From: a virus
Strand: one strand, 5' to 3'
Length of the DNA stretch: 64,000 nt
IMG/VR virus record: IMGVR_UViG_3300022074_000002
Notes under the pieces: generated by a model
Database searches by the model: none
The model's input: the letters and a program-made list of their open reading frames with translations, nothing else
What the model was told of the DNA's origin: nothing
Program-made: the position numbers and the translations under genes
Part shown: in pieces, positions 19,520-28,638 of the stretch
Numbering within the stretch: position 1 is the stretch's first letter
Layout of the letters: each line of letters opens with the position of its first letter

Positions 19520-21718
19520 ATGGCAAACAAAGAAATCAAAGGCAATCTAGCAAGACTCCTCGCAACAGAGAATCTTGTTGTTGAGCACAAACAAACACCT
19601 ACAGCATACTTCAATGTTGATTCTAGAGTCCTAGTTCTTCCAAAGTGGGACAAAGCATCTGACGTCGTGTATGATATGCTTGTAGGTCATGAGGTAGGAC
19701 ATGCATTGTTCACACCTAACGTAGACTTCAGAGAGCAAGTATCTTGTCCACAAGATTACGTCAATGTTATTGAGGATGCTCGTATCGAGAAACTCATGAA
19801 GCGTAAGTATCCTGGTCTTAAGAAATCTTTTGTTGGTGGTTACACAGAACTCAATGACAAAGACTTCTTCCAGATCTTTGACAAAGACCTTACAGAGTTT
19901 TCTCTTATTGATCGTATCAATCTACATTTCAAGTTAGGTGCTCACGCTATGATGCCTTTTGAAGGTGCTGAGTATGTGTTTGTTGCTCGTGCTGACCTTG
20001 CTGAGACTTTTGATGAAGTGTGTAAGATTGCACAAGATGTTTATAACTATGCTAAGACACAAGAAGATGAGAAAGAGAAAACTGAAGTGCCTGTTTCTCA
20101 AACTCCATCTTCTACTGGTGGCGATAAAGAGTCTGATGACGAAGAAGGTTTTGGTAAATTACAAACTTCTGCTGAAGGTCAGAAGAGTGGTGGTTCCTCA
20201 GGAGTAGATCTAGAGGATGTTCAAGATGACTGGTATGATGAGGATGGTAACATGACCGAACCTGATGATGAGTTACTAAGTGACTTACTAGATGGTGAAG
20301 GTGAAGAGAATGAAGGTGGTATTGATAGTTCTTCTACACAGCAAGCATTCAATGAAGCACAAGAAAATCTTTCTTCTACTGATCATGGTACACCAACTAC
20401 TTACATTGAGATACCAGAAAATGTTGACACTTCTAAGCACGTTGTAGATTGGAAAACAATCCATGGTTGGATTGATTCTCAAAGAGATGAGAGAGATGAT
20501 TTTACTGATGTTGACGAAGACTATAGAAAGTTTCGTAAGCAATCTCAGAAAGAAGTAAACTATATGGTCAAAGAGTTTGAGTGTCGTAAATCTGCTGATG
20601 CATATGCACGTGCTTCTACTGCTAAGACAGGTGTTCTAAACACAGGTATGCTTCACACATACAAGTACAACGAAGATCTATTCAAGAGAGTTACAGTTAT
20701 TCCTGATGGTAAGAATCATGGTATGATCTTTGTTCTTGATTGGTCTGGTTCAATGTGCTATGAGTTGCTTTCTACTGCAAAGCAATTAATCAACCTAACT
20801 TCATTCTGTAAGAAAGTACAAATACCTTTTGAAGTATATGCTTTCACAAATGAGTGGGGTGCAGCACAACGTGCTATCGACAATGATGCTACTATAGCAC
20901 AAGACACACCATACTATCGTACATACCATGATGTTGATGAAAAAGAATTAGATAAAAACAAGTTCTATATTGACTCTTGGTTCTACCTAATGAACTTTGT
21001 TTCATCACGTTCTAATGGTAAAGACTACGAGCGTATGTGTCTAAATCTATTTCGTGAAGCATCTAAGCACAGAAGATATGGTTCATACTCATCAACAATA
21101 GGTCTTGGTTTATCTGGAACTCCATTGAATGAGTCAATCGTTATGCTCAACCACATTCTTCCTACATTCAAAAAAGATAACAACTTACAAAAAGTAAACG
21201 TATGTATCTTAACTGATGGCGAAGCATGCACCAGTGCTTATGGTGCTGAGTATGATAGAGGAGAAGGTGAAATTGTAATTCGTGCACGTCGTATTGACTA
21301 TGGTGTAGCATTACGTGACCGTACAACTGGACGTACATACGAACAGTTTACATACAGCACTACTACTAACGTTTTCCTTAAGCAATTACGTGATCGTAAT
21401 CCTGATGTAAATGTTCTTGGATTTCGTATCTTAGCAGGTAGTTCTCTTATGAATTTTGTTTCTAACTATGGTTCACCAGACTGCAACTATGCTGAGATTC
21501 AAAAGGAATGGAAGAAAGAGAAGTCTGCAGTTATCAAGAATCCTGCAGGATTTACTGAACTCTATGCTATCAATAACAAAGCACTTGACAATGACACAGA
21601 GTTCGTTGTAAAAGACAATGCTAAAAAAGGTGACATCACCAGAGCATTCAAAAAAATGCTTGCTAACAAATCTGTTAACAAAAAATTACTTAACGCATTC
21701 GTAAGTAAGGTCAGTTAA
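19520..21718 (+). CDS. vWA-domain protein with N-terminal HEXXH (CobT-like partner of MoxR ATPase)
   Basis: HEVGH; acidic linker; MIDAS DWSGSM...TP...LTDGE. Confidence 0.8.
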   Translation: MANKEIKGNLARLLATENLVVEHKQTPTAYFNVDSRVLVLPKWDKASDVVYDMLVGHEVGHALFTPNVDFREQVSCPQDYVNVIEDARIEKLMKRKYPGLKKSFVGGYTELNDKDFFQIFDKDLTEFSLIDRINLHFKLGAHAMMPFEGAEYVFVARADLAETFDEVCKIAQDVYNYAKTQEDEKEKTEVPVSQTPSSTGGDKESDDEEGFGKLQTSAEGQKSGGSSGVDLEDVQDDWYDEDGNMTEPDDELLSDLLDGEGEENEGGIDSSSTQQAFNEAQENLSSTDHGTPTTYIEIPENVDTSKHVVDWKTIHGWIDSQRDERDDFTDVDEDYRKFRKQSQKEVNYMVKEFECRKSADAYARASTAKTGVLNTGMLHTYKYNEDLFKRVTVIPDGKNHGMIFVLDWSGSMCYELLSTAKQLINLTSFCKKVQIPFEVYAFTNEWGAAQRAIDNDATIAQDTPYYRTYHDVDEKELDKNKFYIDSWFYLMNFVSSRSNGKDYERMCLNLFREASKHRRYGSYSSTIGLGLSGTPLNESIVMLNHILPTFKKDNNLQKVNVCILTDGEACTSAYGAEYDRGEGEIVIRARRIDYGVALRDRTTGRTYEQFTYSTTTNVFLKQLRDRNPDVNVLGFRILAGSSLMNFVSNYGSPDCNYAEIQKEWKKEKSAVIKNPAGFTELYAINNKALDNDTEFVVKDNAKKGDITRAFKKMLANKSVNKKLLNAFVSKVS

Positions 21719-21765
21719 CAAACTGTCCACTAGGGGTGGCAACACCCCTTACTATCCATTATACT
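21710..21765 (+). promoter_or_regulatory. Candidate early promoter: dyad motif, hairpin and -10
   Basis: CAGTTAACAAACTGTCCAC; AGGGGTG-GCAA-CACCCCT hairpin; TATACT starts 48 nt after CAGTTAAC. Confidence 0.6.
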
Positions 21766-21790
21766 AAGTACAACAACAACAAATCTTAAA

Positions 21791-22888
21791 ATGCCATTCG
21801 CTCCTATTCCTGTAACAACTGAAGACTTCGTTACATACTTGACAGAAAACTTCGGTACAGAAGTTAACACAAAAAATTTATTTCAAGCGTCAGAGCATTT
21901 TAATTGTTCACTCGCTACAGTAAAGAAAAGACTTAAGCAATACAAACAAGGTATTGGTAAGTGGGATCTAACTATCCAAGAAAAACTTGAGATCACTTAC
22001 AATGCTCCTTCTGCATCTCCTGCTATTGTAGAGAATCTAATTCCTGACAAAGATCCTAACTTTGTTCCATTCGGTAACTTCTCTGATGTCAAGAGGATTA
22101 TTCAATCAGGTATCTTCTACCCCACATTCATCACAGGTCTATCAGGTAATGGTAAGACTCTAGGTATAGAACAAGCATGTGCACTGCTCAAAAAAGAATT
22201 GATCAGAGTCAACATCACTATCGAAACAGACGAAGACGATCTTATCGGTGGATTCAGACTTGTCAACGGTGAGACAGTATGGCACAACGGTCCTGTTATC
22301 GAAGCACTTGAAAGAGGTGCTATCCTTCTTCTTGATGAGGTTGACCTAGCATCTAACAAGATACTTTGTTTACAATCTGTACTAGAGGGTAAAGGTTTAT
22401 TCTTAAAGAAGACTGGTCGTTATGTAGAGCGTCGTTCTGGTTTCAACATATTTGCTACAGCAAATACTAAAGGTAAAGGATCTGAGGATGGTAGATTCAT
22501 CGGTACTAATGTATTGAACGAAGCATTCCTTGAGAGATTTGCATTGACATTTGAGCAAGACTATCCTACTGTTGCTACAGAGACAAAGATTCTTGAGAAA
22601 GCAGCATCATCACTTGCTGTTCTTGACAAAGAGTTTTGTTCCCACCTTGCTAACTGGGCAGACATCATCCGTAGAACATTTAACGATGGTGGTGTTGACG
22701 AAGTTATCTCAACACGTAGACTTGTACACATCATCAGAGCATTTGCTATCTGGCAAGATCGTATGAAAGCAATCAAAGTTTGCACCAATCGTTTTGATGA
22801 CGAGACAAAGCAATCATTCTTAGAATTATATGATAAGATAGATGCAGATGTAGTTCCAAACGAGGTAGAAAATGAAGCAACCGTTTGA
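21791..22888 (+). CDS. cobS: MoxR-type AAA+ ATPase ('CobS'-like)
   Basis: GLSGNGKT Walker A, DEDDLIGG, LLLDEVD Walker B, TANTKG, NEAFLERF. Confidence 0.88.
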   Translation: MPFAPIPVTTEDFVTYLTENFGTEVNTKNLFQASEHFNCSLATVKKRLKQYKQGIGKWDLTIQEKLEITYNAPSASPAIVENLIPDKDPNFVPFGNFSDVKRIIQSGIFYPTFITGLSGNGKTLGIEQACALLKKELIRVNITIETDEDDLIGGFRLVNGETVWHNGPVIEALERGAILLLDEVDLASNKILCLQSVLEGKGLFLKKTGRYVERRSGFNIFATANTKGKGSEDGRFIGTNVLNEAFLERFALTFEQDYPTVATETKILEKAASSLAVLDKEFCSHLANWADIIRRTFNDGGVDEVISTRRLVHIIRAFAIWQDRMKAIKVCTNRFDDETKQSFLELYDKIDADVVPNEVENEATV

Positions 22889-23057
22889 TGGTTATCTAGG
22901 ACACATCCTCCGTCTTAAAGACGGTAGGAGTGTTCGTATCTTAGGTGATGATGGCAGTGAATGGTCATCAACACATAAAATAAATGTTGTTGACCTTGAC
23001 GGAAATGAATTTCAATGCTATCATAGTGACATAGATCATGTATGGAGTGAGAATTGA
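22872..23057 (+). CDS. Hypothetical protein
   Basis: Coupled ORF, small beta-rich sequence. Confidence 0.6.
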   Translation: MKQPFDGYLGHILRLKDGRSVRILGDDGSEWSSTHKINVVDLDGNEFQCYHSDIDHVWSEN

Positions 23058-23365
23058 AATACAATGAGCAAGAGATCTTGAAACAGATCTCAGAGTACAT
23101 CTCTAGTACCTATGGTGCACACTACAGTAAACATGGAATCCAAACATTGGATCTCATTGATTCTGTTGGTGATGCTGAAGCATTCTGTAGGTCTAACATT
23201 TTGAAATATGCTTCAAGGTATGATAGAAAGGGAACAGCAAGAAAAGATCTATTTAAAATAGTTCACTATGCTGTTCTCCTTCTACATTTTAGCGATAAGT
23301 CTGCTAGAGCAGCAGAACTAAACGCAAACACACCTACAACCTTTTCAGTAGATTATGACAAATGA
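23054..23365 (+). CDS. DUF3310/SaV-like protein (T7 gp1.7 nucleotide-kinase-like)
   Basis: HY...QTLDLI...FCRSNILKYASRYDRKG...DLFKIVHY pattern. Confidence 0.6.
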   Translation: MKYNEQEILKQISEYISSTYGAHYSKHGIQTLDLIDSVGDAEAFCRSNILKYASRYDRKGTARKDLFKIVHYAVLLLHFSDKSARAAELNANTPTTFSVDYDK

Positions 23366-24036
23366 GTAAAGTAACATTATCCAAAAAAACATTAGACGTT
23401 CTTAAGAACTTTTCGACTATCAATTCATCAATTGTATTTCGTCAAGGTTCAACAGTTAGAACTATATCTAACGCAGAAAACATTTTAGCAAAGTTTACTG
23501 GCGAAGAAGTATTTCCTTCTGATTTTGCAATCTATGATTTGAGTCAGTTCTTGATGGGTATATCTTTGTTCAATGATCCACAGTTAGAGTTTACAAGTAA
23601 AGATTTTGTAAACATTAAAGGTGGTCGTCAATGTGCTAAGTATTATTTTTCTGATCCTGAGATCACATTAAAGAGTGCACCAGAAAAGAATGTAAAATTT
23701 CCTGGTTCTGATATACAATTTTCTCTTACTGCTGAGGATTTAGTTAACATCCAAAAAGCATCTGCAGTTTATAGTTTACCTGATCTAACTTTCTATTCAG
23801 AAGAAGGATCAGATGTTATTAAATTAATTCTGAGAGACAAAGAAAATGATACCAGTAATACTTACGATCTCTCTGTCAAGGGTACTACTACTGGCACCTT
23901 TTCTCTTGACCTTAAGATTGAGAACATTCGTGTTCTACCAAGTGACTATGTTGTTAAAGTATCTCAACAATTGATCTCTGAGTGGACAAGTCAAGATGCA
24001 GACCTCAAGTATTTTATTGCCCTTGAACCCGCATGA
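23362..24036 (+). CDS. g45: Sliding clamp (gp45)
   Basis: LKNFSTINSSI, FAIYDLSQFL, LKYFIALEP. Confidence 0.94.
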   Translation: MSKVTLSKKTLDVLKNFSTINSSIVFRQGSTVRTISNAENILAKFTGEEVFPSDFAIYDLSQFLMGISLFNDPQLEFTSKDFVNIKGGRQCAKYYFSDPEITLKSAPEKNVKFPGSDIQFSLTAEDLVNIQKASAVYSLPDLTFYSEEGSDVIKLILRDKENDTSNTYDLSVKGTTTGTFSLDLKIENIRVLPSDYVVKVSQQLISEWTSQDADLKYFIALEPA

Positions 24037-24656
24037 TGTTACATAAAGTTTTTTATGTTCCTATATTTACTTTTAGATTTGATAAGCATGAAATCTATGA
24101 CTTCTCTGATATAGAAAAACAGGGAAGAATAGATAGTCGTCCTAAAGGATGGACAACATCTGTCAATTCTACTTATCCTTTTATTACTGACAACGATAGA
24201 TTAATATCTACTGATGTCAGAGATAATTTGATAAGAGATTTATCAAAACAAATTAAAAAACTTTTTATATCGAATGGTATACCAGATAAGTTTGTTGTTA
24301 ATAATTTCTGGTATAATGTATATCATGAGAATCAAGGGCAAGAACCACATACACACTTGACAGGTTGTATGGAACAAACACCGTACTGGTGTGGTATCTA
24401 TTATAATAAAGGTGCTACACCAACAACGTTTTTCCGTCCAGATTCTAACAATAGAGTTCATCAGTTCCCATATCAAAGTGAGGACTTTAGAGAATACTTT
24501 GCTGATAGTTTACAACCAAATTTACATGATGGGGATGTAATATTATTCCCACCATATTTAAAGCATTGCGTTGACTTGACAACCAGTGCTAATATGAGAT
24601 TAACATTTTCTTTTAATTTACAATTACATAATGAGCAAAGAGTTCCTTTGGGTTGA
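24033..24656 (+). CDS. 2OG-Fe(II) oxygenase-like protein
   Basis: WYNVY, PHTH, GIYY, GDVILFPPYLKHCV, RLTFSFN. Confidence 0.8.
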   Translation: MMLHKVFYVPIFTFRFDKHEIYDFSDIEKQGRIDSRPKGWTTSVNSTYPFITDNDRLISTDVRDNLIRDLSKQIKKLFISNGIPDKFVVNNFWYNVYHENQGQEPHTHLTGCMEQTPYWCGIYYNKGATPTTFFRPDSNNRVHQFPYQSEDFREYFADSLQPNLHDGDVILFPPYLKHCVDLTTSANMRLTFSFNLQLHNEQRVPLG

Positions 24657-25575
24657 GAAGTATCGACCTAACAAAGTCAAAGATTGTATCCTACCAGATA
24701 CAACACGTAATGTCTTTCAAGGTTTTGTTGAACAAGGAGAACTACCTAACTTGCTATTGAGTGGTACAGCAGGAGTGGGTAAGACCACTATTGCTAAGGC
24801 AATGTGTGAAGAGATAGGAGCATCATACATTGTCATCAATGGATCTGACGAAGGTCGTTTTCTAGACACAGTTAGAAATCGTGTAAGACAGTTTGCTACA
24901 ACTGTATCATTGACATCAGGTGCATCACATAAAGTTGTTATCATTGACGAAGCAGATAACACTACTAACGATGTACAACTGTCATTGAGAACTGCTGTAG
25001 AAGAGTTTCATAACAACTGTCGTTTTATATTCACATGTAATTTTATCAATAAGATTATTGAACCATTACATTCTAGATGTACAGTTGTAGATTTCAGAAT
25101 CAAACCTGAGCAATCAACACAATTACAAGGAGAGTTCTTTGTAAGGTTGAGAAGTATACTCACAAAAGAAAAGGTTGAGTATGATGATAAAGTTTTAGCA
25201 AAACTTATCAAAAGATATTATCCAGATTGGCGAAGACTTATAAATGAATGTCAACGCTATGCTGCTACAGGTGCTATTACATCTGCAATTCTTGTTGATG
25301 TTGCTGATGTAAATTTAGATACTTTACTATCATCACTTAAGAAAAAAGAATTTACTACAGTAAAGAGTTGGGTAGTACAACATATGGATAATGATCCTAC
25401 CATGGTCATGCGTAAGATCTATGATAGTTTGTATGGTGTATTGAAACCCGCATCTATACCAGAGGCAGTTTTAATTATTGCAAAGTATATGAACAGTATC
25501 CCTATTGTTCCTGACCAAGAAATAAATTTGTTAGCATGTCTCACAGAAATCATGATGAGTTGTGAATTCAAATGA
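24631..25575 (+). CDS. g44: Clamp loader large subunit (gp44)
   Basis: WVEKYRP, GTAGVGKT, IIDEAD, PLHSRC. Confidence 0.96.
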   Translation: MSKEFLWVEKYRPNKVKDCILPDTTRNVFQGFVEQGELPNLLLSGTAGVGKTTIAKAMCEEIGASYIVINGSDEGRFLDTVRNRVRQFATTVSLTSGASHKVVIIDEADNTTNDVQLSLRTAVEEFHNNCRFIFTCNFINKIIEPLHSRCTVVDFRIKPEQSTQLQGEFFVRLRSILTKEKVEYDDKVLAKLIKRYYPDWRRLINECQRYAATGAITSAILVDVADVNLDTLLSSLKKKEFTTVKSWVVQHMDNDPTMVMRKIYDSLYGVLKPASIPEAVLIIAKYMNSIPIVPDQEINLLACLTEIMMSCEFK

Positions 25576-25937
25576 AGATCTGTAGAACATGTAAAAAAGA
25601 AAAGGAGGACATTGCCTTTGAAATAACAACTGTTACAGCAAAGAAAACATATCGTCATGGTATGTGTTACGAATGTAGAAAGGTTGTTAGGAAGGTAGAG
25701 CGAGACCTAAAGAAAATACATGGTAAAACAAAACCTTTAGGAACTCCATGTGATTGTTGTGGTAGGACAGATCTACAATTAGTTTTAGATCATTGTCATG
25801 AAACAGGAAAACTACGTGGATTTTTATGTAAAGTATGTAATACTAGTATAGGTGCACTAGGTGATAATCTAGAAGGCATTGAACGAGCAAGAAATTATTT
25901 GGTTGAAGCAATTATTTGGGAGGGTAAGAAACCATGA
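25572..25937 (+). CDS. Endonuclease VII-like His-Me nuclease (probable homing endonuclease)
   Basis: CxxC...LVLDHCHETGKLRGFLCKVCNTSIGALGDN; N-terminal CRTC/CYEC Zn finger. Confidence 0.8.
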   Translation: MKICRTCKKEKEDIAFEITTVTAKKTYRHGMCYECRKVVRKVERDLKKIHGKTKPLGTPCDCCGRTDLQLVLDHCHETGKLRGFLCKVCNTSIGALGDNLEGIERARNYLVEAIIWEGKKP

Positions 25938-26017
25938 ATCACATTGGATTGGAAGTTGTATTTTGGACAGTGTTATCAGTATATCTCCTTGCTAAACTTG
26001 GAGTATTCAGAAAATGA
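25934..26017 (+). CDS. 27-aa hydrophobic peptide
   Basis: MNHIGLEVVFWTVLSVYLLAKLGVFRK*; ATGA overlaps at both ends. Confidence 0.6.
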   Translation: MNHIGLEVVFWTVLSVYLLAKLGVFRK

Positions 26018-26856
26018 AAACAAAGAGTTTAAAGTCATATAAAACACCACTAAGATATCCTGGTGGTAAGTCTAGAGCATTGAGTAAACTGTTTCAGTTT
26101 ATTCCTGATCTAAAAGACTATACAGAATTTCGTGAACCATTTTTAGGCGGTGGTTCTGTAGCAATAGAGATAGGTAAAAGGTATCCACACATAGACATAT
26201 GGGTCAATGATCTATATGAACCATTGTATAATTTCTGGAAAGTATTGCAATCAGATGGTCAGAAACTTAGAGACATATTGATACAACTCAAACAAAGACA
26301 CTCAGATCCATCGTCTGCTAAACAATTATTTTTAGATGCTAAAGATTACCTAGCAAAACCAGTAGGAAATAAAATTGATCGTGCTGTATCATTCTATGTT
26401 GTAAACAAATGTTCTTTCAGTGGATTGACAGAGAGTAGTGCATTTTCTAAACAAGCATCGGAAAGTAATTTTTCAATGAATGGTATTGAAAAACTCCCAG
26501 AGTATTCTTTGATGATTAAGAAATGGAAGATAACTAATCTATCATATGAACAGATGTTATCTGATAAAGAAGGAACTTACATATACTTAGATCCACCATA
26601 TGAAATTAAATCTAATTTGTATGGTAGAAAAGGGGATATGCATAAAGGATTTAACCATGATGAGTTTGCAACTATATGCGACAAGTCTACATCTCCTATG
26701 TTAATATCATATAACTCATCACAGTTAATTAGAGATAGGTTTGATGGGTGGACAGTTGCAGAATTTGCACACACTTACACCATGAGGTCTACAGGATGCT
26801 ATAATAAAGAACAAGCATCCAGAAAAGAATTAGTTTTATTTAATTATGAAATGTGA
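26014..26856 (+). CDS. dam: DNA adenine methyltransferase (Dam/D12 class)
   Basis: PLRYPGGKS, EPFLGGGSV, YLDPPY. Confidence 0.92.
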   Translation: MKTKSLKSYKTPLRYPGGKSRALSKLFQFIPDLKDYTEFREPFLGGGSVAIEIGKRYPHIDIWVNDLYEPLYNFWKVLQSDGQKLRDILIQLKQRHSDPSSAKQLFLDAKDYLAKPVGNKIDRAVSFYVVNKCSFSGLTESSAFSKQASESNFSMNGIEKLPEYSLMIKKWKITNLSYEQMLSDKEGTYIYLDPPYEIKSNLYGRKGDMHKGFNHDEFATICDKSTSPMLISYNSSQLIRDRFDGWTVAEFAHTYTMRSTGCYNKEQASRKELVLFNYEM

Positions 26857-26983
26857 AGTAACCTTATACAAAGCAGGAACTGTCTTCAAAGAAGAAGTGA
26901 TTGCTAAAGACTATCAAGACGCACGTCAAGTTGCTCTTGCTAGAAACCCTAACGCTAGAGTTGTTGGGGTAAATGCTAAGTAA
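26846..26983 (+). CDS. Small hypothetical protein (45 aa)
   Basis: MKCEVTLYKAGTVFKEEVIAKDYQDARQVALARNPNARVVGVNAK*; overlaps both neighbours. Confidence 0.6.
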   Translation: MKCEVTLYKAGTVFKEEVIAKDYQDARQVALARNPNARVVGVNAK

Positions 26984-27203
26984 ATTTTGGAAGATATGGA
27001 AGTATGCACTAGGATCATTTAACGACGAGACAACTAAAAGATATGATGATATAATATGCATTATCAGATCCTTTATCTTCATACAGTTAGTAATTACTAA
27101 CTGTTTTATTATTGCAGGAAATATACGACACTGGAACGACAATGTACCAACTGAAAGACTACCTATACAGCATCAACCAATCAAAGAAAAACATATTAGT
27201 TGA
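26973..27203 (+). CDS. Hypothetical membrane protein
   Basis: WKYALGSF...TM helix...IAGNIRHWND. Confidence 0.6.
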   Translation: MLSKFWKIWKYALGSFNDETTKRYDDIICIIRSFIFIQLVITNCFIIAGNIRHWNDNVPTERLPIQHQPIKEKHIS

Positions 27204-27531
27204 TGACATTGATGCGGAAAAGAAATATCCGACATATATTATTAACAGATGTCTAAGTTCCTTTACTGACACTGTGTTGTTTGCTAATGAGATGAACAAG
27301 AACCCTCATCTACCAAAGCGTTTGCAGTATGACTTTTATATAAATAGTGTGAAACCTAGGAAGAGATTCTCTCCTTGGGCAAAGAAAGATTCTATTGACT
27401 ATCTTGAGATCGTAAAAGAGTATTATGGTTATAATGACGATAAGGCACTCCAAGCACTCAGAATTCTCACCAAGAATCAACTAGATTATATCAAAAAAGC
27501 ATTAAGCAAAGGTGGCAAACATGAACGGTGA
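27142..27531 (+). CDS. g62: Clamp loader small subunit (gp62)
   Basis: LKDYLYSIN, ANEMN, RKRFSPW, VKEYYGY; start set at ATG 27142. Confidence 0.92.
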   Translation: MYQLKDYLYSINQSKKNILVDDIDAEKKYPTYIINRCLSSFTDTVLFANEMNKNPHLPKRLQYDFYINSVKPRKRFSPWAKKDSIDYLEIVKEYYGYNDDKALQALRILTKNQLDYIKKALSKGGKHER

Positions 27532-27949
27532 ACTTGAGATTCAATGGAAGCAATCTGATATGGTTGAAGTCACATTGAACGAACCAGATGATTTCTTGAA
27601 AGTTCGTGAGACATTAACACGCATAGGTGTAGCATCAAGAAAAGAGAAAAAGATATATCAATCCTGTCACATACTTCACAAACAGGGTAAGTATTATATC
27701 GTACACTTCAAAGAATTATTTGCATTAGACGGAAAGAATACTAATTTATCATTAAACGATATTCAACGCAGGAATAGAATCGTGCAATTGTTATTAGATT
27801 GGGGATTAGTAACTACCAATATTGTTAGCAAAGATAAGATATCAGATCTTGCTCCATTAAATCAAATCAAAGTATTAAGTTTCAAGGAAAAGAATGAATG
27901 GACGTTAGAATCCAAGTATAATATAGGGAGAAAGAAACAAGAACCTTAA
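27521..27949 (+). CDS. regA: Translational repressor RegA
   Basis: DDFLKVRETLTRIGVASRK, CHILHKQGKYYIVHFKELFALDG. Confidence 0.97.
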   Translation: MNGELEIQWKQSDMVEVTLNEPDDFLKVRETLTRIGVASRKEKKIYQSCHILHKQGKYYIVHFKELFALDGKNTNLSLNDIQRRNRIVQLLLDWGLVTTNIVSKDKISDLAPLNQIKVLSFKEKNEWTLESKYNIGRKKQEP

Positions 27950-28122
27950 TGAAATATCATCTCTACGACGAACAGGAAAGACATCAAGGCAAGTTTAATT
28001 CTATTGAGGAATTAAGAACGTTCTTATGTGATAGGAAGTATGATGTCAATTGTGACAAGGACATAGGTTGTACATTTGATTACATAAAACACATTAGATG
28101 GTTCTTTGAAATAGAAGAGTAG
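27949..28122 (+). CDS. Small hypothetical protein (57 aa)
   Basis: MKYHLYDEQERHQGKF...FEIEE*; TAATG coupling to regA. Confidence 0.6.
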   Translation: MKYHLYDEQERHQGKFNSIEELRTFLCDRKYDVNCDKDIGCTFDYIKHIRWFFEIEE

Positions 28123-28139
28123 AAACCGTAACGGTTTTT

Positions 28140-28164
28140 GGGGGTTTGCACACCTCCTTTTTTT
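28140..28164 (+). terminator. Intrinsic terminator whose loop is a -35 box
   Basis: GGGGGT-TTGCAC-ACCTCC followed by T7; a second hairpin AAACCG-TAA-CGGTTT lies at 28123-28137. Confidence 0.7.
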
Positions 28165-28174
28165 GTGCTACAAT
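28146..28174 (+). promoter_or_regulatory. Sigma70-type promoter for hsp20
   Basis: TTGCAC-N17-TACAAT with TGn extension. Confidence 0.7.
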
Positions 28175-28236
28175 TATAAAATATTAATGTGATGCCGAAA
28201 GGGTCACTTAATTTACGTCGCTTTACGGAGGACACA

Positions 28237-28638
28237 ATGGTAAACTATACATGGGAGCAATTTACTCCATTCACACTAGGACTCGATGAAACATTCAGCA
28301 GACTTGAAACTTTTGCAGGAACAGGAACAAACTATCCTCCTTACAACATCTATAATGGATCTGATTCTAGAACCATATTGGAGGTGGCTCTTGCAGGATT
28401 TTCGCAAGGGGACATTTCTGTAGAAACTGAAAGGAATGTTTTAACGATCTCAGCAGACAAATCTTCTAAGGAAGAAAAGAAGTATTCATACAAAGGAATA
28501 TCTCACAAGAACTTTTCACGTAACTGGCAACTGGCGGATGATGTAGAGGTTGAATCAGTAGATTTTAAAGATGGACTTCTCACAATAAAATTGATGAAAG
28601 AACTACCAGAGAAACAAAAACGTCAGAAACATTTTTAA
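28237..28638 (+). CDS. hsp20: Small heat-shock protein Hsp20
   Basis: YPPYNI, LEVALAGF, FKDGLLTI; GGAGG RBS before ATG 28237. Confidence 0.93.
   Translation: MVNYTWEQFTPFTLGLDETFSRLETFAGTGTNYPPYNIYNGSDSRTILEVALAGFSQGDISVETERNVLTISADKSSKEEKKYSYKGISHKNFSRNWQLADDVEVESVDFKDGLLTIKLMKELPEKQKRQKHF

Noticed and set aside
21791-22888. Cobalamin biosynthesis implied by the 'cobS' name
   Set aside because: No cobN or other cob genes are present; features fit a generic MoxR/vWA pair
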